A DNA stretch of 37,366 nucleotides, taken from the NCBI RefSeq assembly GCF_006345805.1, contig NW_021834095.1, forward strand, positions 1 to 37,366. The letters are read 5' to 3'. This stretch comes from Octopus sinensis (taxonomy: Eukaryota). The notes below the pieces were generated by a model, which ran no database searches, had not been told where the DNA came from, and saw only the letters and a program-made list of their open reading frames with translations. The translations under genes were made by a program, and so were the position numbers. Position 1 is the first letter of the stretch. Each line of letters opens with the position of its first letter. Positions 22,887-35,733 of this stretch are shown here, piece by piece.

Positions 22887-22924
<38 letters not shown>

Positions 22925-23020
22925 ATTATCATCATTATTATTATTATTATTAATAGTATCATCATTATCATCAAAATTATTATTATTATTATTGTTGATG
23001 TTGTTGTTGTTGTTGTTGCT
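22698..23020. repeat. (GTT)n/(ATT)n microsatellite
   Basis: Seen directly. Confidence 0.95.
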
Positions 23021-23470
23021 TTGTTTTCTTTGTTAATGTTTTTATTATTAATATTTCATTGAAAGAGATTTTCTTGATAGAATGTGTGTCTGTGTGTGCA
23101 TTCATGCATACAAACATACATATAAATAGTCAATGTAAGTATCTGTGCTTCCTTGTACGTACCTGTGTATGTATGTTTGCACATACGTATATATGCATAT
23201 AGGTGTATACACCTCTATGTATGCATGCATGCATGCATGTATGTATGTATGTATGCATTTGTGTATGTTTGTATGAATGGATGGATGGATGGATGGATGG
23301 ATGTACGAGTTATGTACGTATGTATGAATATATATATATATATATGTATGCATTTATACATGTAATGCATCTATGTATGTAATGCATGTATGAATGTATA
23401 TATGCATCAATGAATGTATATATGCATCAATACTAACACAGTAATTACACCACTAACTAAGAAAGGTAAA

Positions 23471-23774
23471 GGCGCGTGGCTTAGTGGTTAGGGGCATTCG
23501 GCTCATGATCGTAAGGTCGTGAGTTCAATATCCTTGAGTAAGACACTTGATTTCACGTTGCTCCAGTCCACTCAGCTGGCAAAAATGAGTAGTACCTGTA
23601 TTTCAAAGGGCCAGATTTGTCACACTCTGTGTCACGCTGAATCTCCCTGAGAACTACGTTAAGGCTACACGTGTTTGTGGAGTGCTCAGCCACTTACACG
23701 TTAATTTCACGAGCAAGCTGTTCTGTTGATCGTATCAGCTGGGACCCTCGTCGTCGCAACTGACGGAGTGCTCC
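23471..23774 (+). mobile_element. tRNA-derived SINE family C (CORE/Nin-domain-like body)
   Basis: A-box GTGGCTTAGTGGTTAG, B-box GAGTTCAATA, then CCTTGAGTAAGACACTT..CTCCAGTCCACTCAGCTG..AAATGAGTA, typical of conserved-domain SINEs. Domain identity is from memory. Confidence 0.75.
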
Positions 23775-24238
23775 TTTTTAACATAGTACTTTGTATTACA
23801 TTATTGTCGCATAACGAAATAAATACGTTGTCCCTACAAGTCATTAAAAATAAGTATGTATTTACATATGTTTGCATGTATGTGTATCTGACTGCATACA
23901 TGTCTATATATATTGTATACGCCTGTATATGCACTAACAATCCGATTGCTGAATACTTCGTGTTTCAAAGTAGATAAATTGCATTAATATTTCTGCTTTC
24001 TATGTTAGGTATCCAACTTTCGTCTAGGGCAATTTTACTTCTTATTTATCAGGTACTGAAAAATGTCCCAAAACCAATAAACAACGAATCGAGAGTTAAC
24101 CAACGTCAATTGAGGACCTAAAAATATATACACACACACATACATACAATGTTATATAATATATAATCATATATATATATATATATATATAATATATATA
24201 TATAATATATATCTATACTTATATATATATATATATAT

Positions 24239-24282
<44 letters not shown>

Positions 24283-24310
24283 TATATATATATAATATTA
24301 TATTTATATT

Positions 24311-24451
24311 AAATTAGAGATGAAACCACTATTAGGCAAATCAAACAATGAAAAAACATAAGCCATAATAAAAATTAATTCATTTATATTATTTTAAATA
24401 TATCGCAAAAGTATTAACAGTATGACCTAATAGTGGTTTTATCTCTAATTT
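24311..24451. repeat. Short fold-back element in (TA)n
   Basis: AAATTAGAGATGAAACCACTATTAGG vs CCTAATAGTGGTTTTATCTCTAATTT: 26 bp inverted repeat, 1 mismatch. Confidence 0.8.
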
Positions 24452-24557
24452 AGTATAATATAATATAAGATATTTATACTATAAAATTGGATTTAATCCT
24501 AAATCTGATTTTTCCCTGTAAGTTTGGATTTATCCCTAATATTTTATATAATATTAT

Positions 24558-24610
<53 letters not shown>

Positions 24611-24642
24611 ATATATATATATATAAATAAATAAATAATATA

Positions 24643-24689
<47 letters not shown>

Positions 24690-24700
24690 TTATTATATAT

Positions 24701-25045
24701 ATACAAGGGGTACCAAAATTAACCGGAAACGTTCTCTCTGGAACAAAAACTCGTTGCAGTTCGGGCTTCCTTCGTTAGAAGCTACTTGATGCAACCCTCA
24801 GGAATCAGTATGCCGATCGGCATCATCAGTTAAGATCGTTCTGCCACGTTGTGCGTCTTTACTTTGCAGTGCTTCTCCCCTGTTCGTCAATTTTTGCGAT
24901 GGCTGAAACAATAAAACAGCGTGCTTCTGTGAAATTCTGTTTCCCGCTGGAACACACGGCGGCCGAAACAGTTGTCATGCTTCAAAGACGCTGCCATGAA
25001 CAAAACCCAAGTTTCCGAGTGGCTTTCACGCTTTAGAAATGGTCT
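24701..25045 (+). mobile_element. mariner 5' end with transposase N-terminal remnant
   Basis: TA-CAAGGGGTACCAAAATTAACCGGAA terminus; MAETIKQRASVKFCF....TAAETVVMLQ resembles the mariner HTH start. Confidence 0.7.
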
Positions 25046-26170
25046 CAAACAAAATGTATGTTTCCGCTGACAAAATAAATGAATAAAATTTTTAAACGGA
25101 ATTTACCGAACGCTGTAACATAACAGCTGAGCCGCACGCGCACGCCTTCGAGTTAAGACGAAAGATTGCCAAAATATTTAAATTATATTTAAATTTTTTT
25201 CATTTTTATGACATAATTGCATTAATTAATACAGATGACGTAATTAAACTAATTGCAAATTAGCAGTGTTGTTGATAATTTTTTCTTACCTCAATGATGC
25301 CGGTGACAAATATTAAAAGTTACTTAAACAATTATATTCATAGAAACGTGCAGAACTATATTATCTCCCTCAAGTTAGAGAAACAAACACTCATAACATT
25401 TTTTTAAACTTCATTCCATGAAATTCCTCGAACTGACCTCTATCATTTAAGTTTAATTAAAATATAGTTTGTTTTTAAAATCAAAAAAAGGTTATACTTA
25501 AATCCAATTTTTTGCCTTATATTTTTTTCATGATATTTTACTTCATAACTTTTTTTATACAAAGTTTTGTTGCATGGGATCAAAACTATGAAATTATTCA
25601 TGATTTCTTCTATCATTGAAGCTAAGATAAATATATAACGTTGCTACAAATTTTGAGGTAAACATTTCTACTGCACCAAATCTCAATTTAGTATGGCAAA
25701 ATGTAGCTCGGAAACAACCCTCTTCAAAAATGTAAACAGTTCTCAATCTGGTTATGAAATGAATTAGCGACAAAGCTCTGAAGATGCCGAATGTGAGTAA
25801 ATTGCGGCCTTAAGAATATTATTCAACTACTACCGTAGCTGAATGATAAATATATATACATATATGTGTATATATATGTGTGTGTGTGTAAATATATGTA
25901 CGAGCAAAAATATACACCGACACACAGACACACACACACGCATACTCGTGAATATGATTTTCCCATACCTCCTCCTCTGGTGCACCTAGACATATCAGTG
26001 ATATTTCCTGGGTGGGTGTTTTGTGTTTTCAGAAACGCCGACTAATACACCCACCGAAACATATATGTGTGTGTGTAATGTCTGTTTGTACGTCTGTATT
26101 TGTGTGAGAGTGAGAAAGATAGCGTGTGTGCGTGTGTGCGTGTGTATAAACACGGAAACTCACACACATA

Positions 26171-27889
26171 TAGGGGGGTTGGACAAAATAATGGAAGTCA
26201 CCTTAAAATTTCAAACAAATCTATTTCAATATGGGGTAGGACCGCCTTTGGCAGTAAGTACAGCTTGAATTCTACGAGGTATGGACTCGTACAAAGTTTG
26301 AATTATTTCCAAATGAATTTTTGTTCATTCTTCAGCTAAAACAGTCTCCACTTCTTATAGTGATGGTGGTGGAGGATATCGACTTCTTACTTGTTTTTCA
26401 AAAATGCACCATAAATGTTCAATAATATTGAGATCTGAGGACTGTGGTGGCCAGATAAGATGTTCGACTTCACTAGAATGTTCCTCGTACCATTCAGTAA
26501 TAACTTTAGCTCTGTGAATTGGTGCACTATCATCCTGAAAGATTGAGTTTCTCTCCGGAAACAGTTCCACACCCATAGGCTGAATTTGAGCAGATAGAAT
26601 GCTTAAATAGTCTTGACTATTAATTCTGTCATGAAGGAAAACCATTAGGCCGGCAGTTTTCCAAGATATAGCACCCCACTCGCCAGATCATCACAGATCC
26701 TTCTCCATGCTTAACAGTTGGTAGGAGGCAGTCTGGGTCAAATGATTCTTTTGGCTGTCTCCACATGTCTACTCGGCCGGTGGTCAGAAATAAGGTAAAG
26801 GATGATCCATCCGAGAAAATAACATTCTTCCAATGCTCTAGGGACCAATTCTGTAGCTTTTTACCCCACTCTGAACGCTTTCCAACGTTTGGTTTTGAAA
26901 TTAATGGTTTTCTCATAGCAGCCCTTCCGTGAAATCTGGGTTTGTCCCAGCCAACAGTTTTTGTTGAAACTGGGTTCTCGAGGTTATCATTAAGCTCTGC
27001 AGTAATTTTGGGTGCTGTACATTAGTGAGCCTTTCTAACAATTCGCGCAAGAGTCCGATGGTTCCTATCTGAAAGTTTTTGTCTTCTTCCGGAGTTCTGT
27101 TTCGACGAGGAGACTTTTCCTTCTTTCTCAAAGGCTGACATCACTTTCGAGACAGTACTTCTTGATACACGAAATATCTCGGCTGTTTTTCGTTACAGTA
27201 GTGCCTGCCATACGAGCACCAACAATTTGATGTCTTTGAACATCCGATAACTCTGTCATTTTAATGAATTTTAATTACATTTTTCCGATGATAACTGAAA
27301 TGAAACAGCAATTTTAGCAAAACATGTTAAACAACACTAATAACAAATAAAAAACATAAGAATAAAGAAGCTTTTGACGGTTTTATAGATAATATAATTC
27401 TATATTTAAGAGAAGAGGAATTATGCACATTATTTACATTATTTACAATTGACGGATACTTGTCCTCATCTTTGTTGATAACACAATGTTGCGGCTGATA
27501 TACCCTCCAGCCTTCATCTTAACCACTACGCCATATGCCCGTAGGCATAAGGCATAGTGGTTAAGAGCGCGGGCCACTAACACCAAAATTCCGAGTTCGA
27601 TTCCAGGTACTAATAATTATTATTATTTTAATAATAATAATAATAACAATAATAACAACAACAACAACAACAACAACGAATAATACATTAGGAATGAGAA
27701 CCCAGGTTCGAGATTTCCCCAACACATGATGGCGGCTGGAGGGTATATCAGCCGAAACATTGTGTTAACAACAAAAAAGATGAGGACAAATATCCGTCAA
27801 TTGTAAATAATGTAAATAATGGTTTTATAAATATTTGAAAATTATGATGCTATGATGCGAGGTTTTCCCATTATTTTGTCCAAACCCTG
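26171..27889 (-). mobile_element. Tc1-family DNA transposon, both TIRs present, transposase pseudogenised
   Basis: TIRs AGGGGGGTTGGACAAAATAATGGAA / TTCCCATTATTTTGTCCAAACCCTG. Motifs RKPLIS, WKNVIFSDGSSF, PTVKHGEGSVMIW, FQDDSAPIH, WPPQSSDLNIIEHLW across frameshifted ORFs 26355-27131. Confidence 0.92.
27392..27820. mobile_element. Palindromic tRNA-head + hammerhead element, copy B, nested in Tc1
   Basis: Central palindrome TTAACCACTACGCCATATGCC-cgta-GGCATAAGGCATAGTGGTTAA, B-box GAGTTCGATTCC, HHR-like stem II GGCTG/CAGCC in both arms, TSD GGTTTTATA(G/A)ATA at 27379 and 27821. Confidence 0.8.
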
Positions 27890-27949
27890 CATATGAATAC
27901 ACACACACACAGATATATATGTACATATATATATATACGTGTGTGTATA

Positions 27950-27990
<41 letters not shown>

Positions 27991-28756
27991 TATATAGAAA
28001 GAGAGAGAGAAGAGAGAGAGAGAGAAAAGGAGAGACTGGACAGACAGAAAGAAAAAACACGGCGAGAAGGATAGATATGACATTTTCATGTCTTATATAT
28101 CCGCACACAACCACAAAAAAAATTATTGTATATAGTGATACAGTATCGATGTATTAAATTGTTCATTACTTTTTGTCACACTTGGACAGAGGGTGGCACC
28201 CTAACCACTTGAAAGAGTTCTGTGACAACCTAGAAGAAATGCGCTGAGGGACTACGTGACTATTGCTCTCTCCAAAACGGTTGCACCAGATTCGAGTTCA
28301 CATTAATAAGCAACGATCCCAAAGTTAGATTGATATATTTTGTGCAAGAACAAAATGGCGTTTTCAGTGATCAGTGAAGCGAAGTTTACACATTATTTAT
28401 GTGTATTAGTTTTACTTTCGGTTATAATTTATTTGTTGTTTTGTTCGATTGTTTCTTTTTTTTTCTGAATCATTAACTTACTAATTAAAGTACCAATCCT
28501 TGTTTATACTATCCTTAATGGATTACTTGGAATTAGAGATAGGAATAAAGAAAAGGATGCCAAAAACCAATGAAGCATCTAATATGAATCAGTGTCTTCA
28601 CAACACGTGGTGGTATTTGAATAGATTTGCAGCGTCCTATAATGGACTTATCTTTACACTGAAATGTTAGAGTTTCTTATCTAAAACTATAAATGTGCGC
28701 ACACACACACACACACAAACATCTATCTATTTATCTCTCTATCTATTTATCTACTT

Positions 28757-28868
<112 letters not shown>

Positions 28869-28914
28869 AATCAATATGTGGTGGGTGGGGGTTGGCCGCA
28901 CGTGGGGAAATGAT

Positions 28915-29040
28915 AGGCAAGGAAAAATTGAAGGTAAATTTAATGAAAACGGGTGTATGGAAAATAAGGATTTTTTTTTTTTAAATATTCCATACACCCA
29001 TTTTTCAGTAAAATTTTACTTTTAATTTAACATTCTGCCT
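28915..29040. repeat. Short fold-back element in (TA)n
   Basis: GGGTGTATGGAA / TTCCATACACCC core with imperfect pairing outward to AGGCA / TGCCT. Confidence 0.7.
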
Positions 29041-29043
29041 TTA

Positions 29044-29105
<62 letters not shown>

Positions 29106-29173
29106 TATATATGTATGTATATATAATATATATAATATATATATTATATATATATAATATATATATAGATATA

Positions 29174-29211
<38 letters not shown>

Positions 29212-29227
29212 GTATATATATATATAA

Positions 29228-29272
<45 letters not shown>

Positions 29273-29345
29273 TAATATATATATATTAGATATATATATA
29301 GATATATATTATATATAATGTGTGTGTGGGTGTGTGTATATATAT

Positions 29346-29380
<35 letters not shown>

Positions 29381-29382
29381 AC

Positions 29383-29596
29383 ACGACGGGGTACTGGAAA
29401 GTTCCTTGCTTTAAGTAAAAGAAAATACATAAGAATCAGTGATGCTTTTAGTCAGCATGTTCCCCTCTCGGATTCACACACTTATTGCAGCGGTCCTTTC
29501 TTCAGTTTTTCTTAGCCCCCGGGAACTGGGAACCTGGGGCCTCGACTAGGCATTTCGCAATACCCTTAACGCCAAGAACTTTACAGCATCTCACGC
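29383..29596. mobile_element. mariner-derived MITE
   Basis: Imperfect TIRs ACGACGGGGTACTGGAAAGTTCCTTGCTTTAAG / CTTAACGCCAAGAACTTTACAGCATCTCACGC in a TA context. Confidence 0.6.
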
Positions 29597-29626
29597 ATAC
29601 ACATCCATATCTATATACACACATAC

Positions 29627-29675
<49 letters not shown>

Positions 29676-30417
29676 CAGCAAAACAAGTTAGATTCAAATG
29701 AATATGGTACTTAACTCAGATGCACCAGAATTTTTTTTATGGTATTACCCATAAAATTACGTGGGTTGATTAAAACCCAAAAATAAGCACCAAGAAAGGA
29801 TCGGTAGTTTAGTACAATTGTTTCATACTATAAATATTTTATTAAAGCTGCAAAACTCACAGCAAATATAATGTCAAGTAATCTTCAGCTAAACTTCATA
29901 TAGGTTTTTCAAACATCTTAGAGAGTGTAAATATACTTATAAAGATATAGTTGTGAGTTCCAGGAACTTGAAGTAAGACTCCAAGCAGACCATATATGTT
30001 TTCCAACAATACAAAGTTCTGAAATTAATTATTGACATCCCAGAGAAGGTAAATATACTCAAAAAGATGTGGATATAAATTTCAAGAAACATAAGGAAAG
30101 ATGCCGATCAGACCACGATTAAGTTCGCATCTAACTGTTGCAAACAAAATTCTATAGTAGTAAGAATAGCGAGGTAGGTCAAGGAAGCTGACTAGCTAGA
30201 GTAAAAGAAGAGAATGAAAAATATATATATGGGGGTGTAAAAAAAATAAAGATACTAAAAAAAAAGGTCAGTCTATTTCAATAGTGACAGAAAATCTAAT
30301 TCAGTGTGGAAGGAATCTTAAATTCTTAAAAGAACTGTAAGTTTGACCACCCTAACTTTCAACTAAAAGCTATCATAAATAGTAGGATTTAAAAAAAAAA
30401 AAATTTTTAATATATAT

Positions 30418-30451
<34 letters not shown>

Positions 30452-30454
30452 ATA

Positions 30455-30780
30455 TCTCTTATTATAAAAGGCAGATTTTATCTGCCTCCCTTTGGGAGTT
30501 ATACAAATCTACAATATAGGATTTCTTCAATTACAATTTACCTAGCATTTTTAAGAGTACAATGCATCGCGTCATGCCAGGTCCAGTTTTTAAAATTTAA
30601 ACTCCAATTAAGCAAAATTTACAGAAAACTCACATTCTGGTGTGTGTGTCAAATGCTTTTCTTAGTCTGGTTTACACCACACGCAAACGCACACACACAG
30701 TGGGCAACGAATAAATGAAAGTAAATAGCGACAGAGTGATTTGAGGAAGACTAAAGTGAAAAGTATTTGTCTTGACGCTG
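30455..30780 (+). mobile_element. Probable Helitron 5' fragment
   Basis: A|TCTCTTATTATAAAAGGCAGA start with a subterminal AGGCAGAT/ATCTGCCT hairpin. No 3' end found; right boundary approximate. Confidence 0.4.
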
Positions 30781-31214
30781 ATTGATAGATACATGAGTAA
30801 AATGTATGGGAAGCTAAGAGCTAAGAGTGAGTGAAAATGTTCTTGGAAGAGAGTAATTAGTAATAAAGTAAACATACACTCATACATACATACATACATA
30901 CACACACACACATACACACACACATACATACACACACACATACATACATACACACATACATACATACATATACATACATACATACATATACATACATACA
31001 TACACACACCACACATACACACACACACAGTATTGAAGCTTGAGAACAATCAGATACATTTGCAACACATCTGTTGAAAATATTATTGTTTACACACATA
31101 CATATACATATATTCAGACAGACAGACATATAGACACACACACACACACACACACACACATGATCCAGCATGGCCACAACCTCAAGGCTGAAATATATAA
31201 AAGAATAACAGAAT

Positions 31215-31580
31215 ATAAATGTGTGCAAAGTACAAGAAATATTAATGCAGTATATGGGGATTGGACAATAAGCGTAAGGCAGTGTCAATGGTGGTTCCAG
31301 AAATTCCGAGCCATAAACTACAGCCTAGAAGACGAGCCTCATCCTGAAAGATCTGTAGAACTCGACAAGGACATCCTGAAAACCCTGGTAGAACAAAATA
31401 TCATCGTAACTGTTGAGGAACTAGCAGAGAAGCTTGGATTTGGTCATTCAACCATCATTGACACCTGTGTGCTATCGGAAAAGTCAGCAAAATTGGGTCA
31501 ATGGGTTCCTCACGACTTTCCGAGTCTAATTGCATGCAGAGAGTGAATGTATGCTTTTTCTTTGCTGTCATATCTCACCA
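31215..31580 (+). pseudogene. mariner (Mos1/Hsmar-like) transposase HTH fragment
   Basis: RNINAVYG..ISVRQCQWWFQKFR....LEDEPH..R....TVEELAEKLG..HSTI..KLGQWVPH. Confidence 0.85.
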
Positions 31581-31597
31581 CTACTGCGCTATGTATA

Positions 31598-32230
31598 TCT
31601 ATATATATAAAATGTAGTGTGTGAGTGTCTGTCCCCTTCGATTTAGATTCCTAAACTACTCCCACATTTTGCGGTACAGTTTAACCAAATTCGGGTAGCT
31701 TATAGTCGTGATTCATATCGAGCCCGTCTGAGTATTAGCGCGCATCTACGATGAGTCTACGATTTTAAAAATAATTTAACATCATTTTTTATTCCATTTT
31801 AATGCATAATTTTTCGTGTGTCGATGGCGGCGGAGGTTGGCGTCCACGCTCACACCTGCACCTGTGGGGAAGGGAGTGTAAGGAAATCAACGTCGTAATG
31901 CGTTGTCAGGAGACCAGCGTTCTTTTAGAACAACGACTTCATGGCTTGAAGACACCAAAACAGAAATGGCTAAGAAAGCGTCTACATGAGTCTACGATTT
32001 AAAAAAAAATTTACCATCGTTTTTTTTCCATTTTAATGCATTTTTTCGCTATTATATAAGGGAAGTAACTCTCTAAAAATGTCTACGATGAGTCAACGAT
32101 TTAAAAAAAAAAATTACCATTATTTTTTTCCATTTTTAATGCATTTTTGCTATTTTTTGGCTATGACTCTCTAAAATGCTATATATTTATTTCCCTTACA
32201 AACCCGAGCAACGCCGGGCGATACTGCTAG
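31598..32230 (+). mobile_element. Non-autonomous Helitron, complete
   Basis: A|TC 5' end; 3' CCCGAGCAACGCCGGG hairpin + CGATACTG + CTAG|T; three internal ~60 bp repeats (~31746, ~31981, ~32082). Confidence 0.85.
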
Positions 32231-32275
32231 TATATATATATTATATAATATATATATATATTATTTTATAGAAGA

Positions 32276-32324
32276 GCTTCTACAGGACTAGAACTGTTTC
32301 ATTCAAAAGAAATCATCAGGAAGC
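32276..32324 (-). ncRNA. Hammerhead-like motif with intact CTGATGA/GAAA core
   Basis: Revcomp GCTTC-CTGATGA-tTTC-tttt-GAAt-GAAA-CAGTTCTAG-TC-ctgta-GAAGC. Confidence 0.5.
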
Positions 32325-32378
32325 GTATTGAGTACCTTATTTACTGTGGTTAACCCCGACTCAACCGGGACCTACATA

Positions 32379-32440
<62 letters not shown>

Positions 32441-32717
32441 ATAAGATGTGAATTTGGAGGGATATATCATCTGGGCGGGTACTGTGTCGGCTCTCAGTTA
32501 TGTTCCAAGTTACGGCTAATCGCATCGATCGGTATTTAACATCTGCTGCACCGAAAATCGTGCCAGGTTGCATCTGCTACTATTCGTAATCTGAGCAGCA
32601 GAAATGAGTGTAGATCATAAATACCTTAAAAATATGCTGTATAAAACTGTAAAATAAGTGGAAATATTTCTAGAACGAATAAAATCTCCGTGTTGTATAT
32701 CATTATAATGATTGCTA

Positions 32718-32818
<101 letters not shown>

Positions 32819-33781
32819 GAATTATATATAAAAACAAACATACATACATTCAAAATAATAATAGTAATACCATGGTAAATTATATGAACAGTTGCTACCT
32901 TCAGAGGTCAAGCAGTTTCACTCTCCTGCCTATCAACATATCGTAGTAATCGCTACTTAAATCAGTCACAAACTATTTAGCTGCTTTGGATCGATTGATA
33001 TATATATCATGAAACATTCTGCGATATCTTTAAATAAGTTGTGAATAATTTTAAGCACAAACGACGTGTATAGGAAAATCAAACTAATATTTCGTGTAGT
33101 TCAATTAATTATTTACCTGTTATTCTGCGGATAGTAAATATATTTGCTTACAGTCATTATGCTCTTTACCACAAAACGGTAAGGAGATTGGCATGGTGTG
33201 TTTTGTGGCAGGCTGGCTCCTCTTCAGGTCAAAGAAAGAAAGGTTAGCAAACTCTATAAACTGATTTACTAATATAACACATTGTTAGCAGTGACTTCAA
33301 CGTAATCTGTAATTCAAATCTATAACTTGTCTCTCCTCCCACTTCTCTTTCTCTCTTTCTCTGTCTCTTACACACAAGCCCGTGCACCCACACACGCACA
33401 CACTTATTCTCAATCTGACACACGCACCTAGAAACCCGGATATAAATTGCAGTGTACGTTTGTGTACGTGTCTATGTGTACATGTTTGTATGTGCGTGTA
33501 TATATGTATATATGCGTGTGTGCGTCTATGTATATACATATATATATAGTTATGTACAGGCACACACACACATACACACACACATACAAACACACATAAA
33601 GAAGGTATTCGGACTACATTTCACAATCTGTTCATCAGACACATGCGATAATTCTAAAAGTAAGACTAAGTTTGAAAAAGGCTTTACGCGAAAAAAAAAA
33701 ACAGAAGTCTACTCTACCTTTGGTATTCAAGTACTATTTTCCCGACTTTTTTCACACATATTTGTTCAATGTGCATATAAG

Positions 33782-33846
<65 letters not shown>

Positions 33847-33900
33847 TATATAAAATATATATAATATATAGTATGTATATATATGTATATATATATATTA

Positions 33901-33965
<65 letters not shown>

Positions 33966-34009
33966 TATCTATATATATATACATATATACAATATATATA
34001 TATACAATA

Positions 34010-34128
34010 TATCACCTTGGCCGACCAGTCCGCCGGGCGTCCATTTGAAACCGGTGGTCACAGCACGCTGTCTACTCCTCTCTGGATCGCGCCTTTCTCA
34101 TCCACGTGATTCTAAACGTCCTCCTATA
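34010..34128 (-). mobile_element. Possible RTE-like LINE 3' terminal fragment
   Basis: GC-rich island in (TA)n; minus strand reads TWMRKARSREE*, resembling RTE C-termini (W...A..R..W). Weak. Confidence 0.3.
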
Positions 34129-34225
34129 CGTACATACATATATATATATATGAGTTTGTGTATGTATATATGTATATGTTTGTATGTATACATGAATGTA
34201 TGTATGTATAGATAGATAGATAGAT

Positions 34226-34288
<63 letters not shown>

Positions 34289-34510
34289 GTTTCTTTATTG
34301 GCCACACAGGGCTGCCACACAGATGGGACAAGTTACACAGGTAGAGCTTTTCTTTTGAGGGATGAAGAGAACAAAAACAAAAGAAAAAAAAAGGGGGTGG
34401 CGTAGGTTTCGATCAAGAGGATCGTAAAAGGGAAGAAAAGAACAAAAAACAAAAAAAATTTTGAATAAAATAAAAAGGATAAAAAAAAAAAAAAGAAAAG
34501 GAAAAGGAAC

Positions 34511-34512
<2 letters not shown>
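34289..34512 (-). mobile_element. Retroposon 3' UTR fragment embedded in (GATA)n
   Basis: Minus strand ends GGCCAATAAAGAAACTT then (ATCT)n; T-rich UTR; (GATA)n on both sides. Confidence 0.5.
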
Positions 34513-34603
<91 letters not shown>

Positions 34604-34620
34604 GTATATATACATAAGAC

Positions 34621-34826
34621 GGCGAGTTAGCAGAATCGTTAGCACGCCCAATAAATTAGCAGGATTTCGTCTATCTATATGTTCTGAGTTCAAATTCCGC
34701 CGAGGTCGATTTTGCTTTCCATCATTTTGGGGGTCGATAAAAGAAGTACCAGTCGATCAATGAGATCGATGTAATCGATTAACTCACGCCCCCTGAAATT
34801 GCTGGCTTTCTGCCAAAATTTGAAAC
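34621..34826 (+). mobile_element. SINE family B, alternative-tail variant
   Basis: GGCGAGTTAGCAGAATCGTTAGCACGCC..GAGTTCAAATTCCGCCGAGGTCGA; tail TTGCTGGC..GCCAAAATTTGAAAC. Confidence 0.8.
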
Positions 34827-34915
34827 TAATATGTATACATACTCGTATATATGTTTGCGCGTGTGTTTGTGTAGTCATATGTTAAGGTTTATGCTTGCGT
34901 GTATTTAACGGCAAA

Positions 34916-34946
<31 letters not shown>

Positions 34947-35294
34947 TGTGTGCGTGTGTGTGTGTGTGTGTGGTGTGTGTGTGTGTGTTGTATTTTAAGT
35001 TCTCTGTTACGGCGCATATTTTCTGTAGAACCAGAATTATAAGCAGATTGCAATGTGGGAAATTAAGTAGGAGTGAAATAGCAAACCAAACTGGATTTTC
35101 CTGTAGCAAACTGAGAATCGAATAACGTCTTTGAGAATTTATGGCCCAGCCTTCGCGAGTTTATATTTTGAAAGCCTACTCCAAAATCTAGTTAAAAGCC
35201 CTGTTTCAAGGAAATGACATGCATTCTAGTGTTACCAATAACGTGATTTATGCGTTTTCTAGCTGTCACATTATACGCGAATATATATACACAC

Positions 35295-35341
<47 letters not shown>

Positions 35342-35438
35342 CATATGTATATGTATACATATATATACATACATATATATATATATACACATATAAACAC
35401 GTACGAATAAATATACAATATATAGATATCTATACATG

Positions 35439-35479
<41 letters not shown>

Positions 35480-35583
35480 AATTTGCATATTTATATATAC
35501 TTATTTATTACATATACATACGTATATATATATATGCATATATGTATATATATACATGTATATATATATATATTAATATGTAT

Positions 35584-35614
<31 letters not shown>

Positions 35615-35666
35615 GTATGTACATATATTATATACATATATATGTATATATATATGATACATATAC

Positions 35667-35733
<67 letters not shown>

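Noticed and set aside
25776-25815. CTGAAGA followed by a GCCG/CGGC stem
   Set aside because: No GAAA box after the stem, so not counted as a hammerhead.
27545-27610. Possible tRNA gene
   Set aside because: No acceptor stem closure or Pol III terminator seen, and the anticodon loop differs among arms. It is a repeat head, so no isotype is assigned. The same applies to the heads at 17038 and 23471.
31040-31546. SETMAR-like host gene
   Set aside because: Only the mariner HTH part is present, fused to a microsatellite-derived N-terminus; no SET or catalytic domain.
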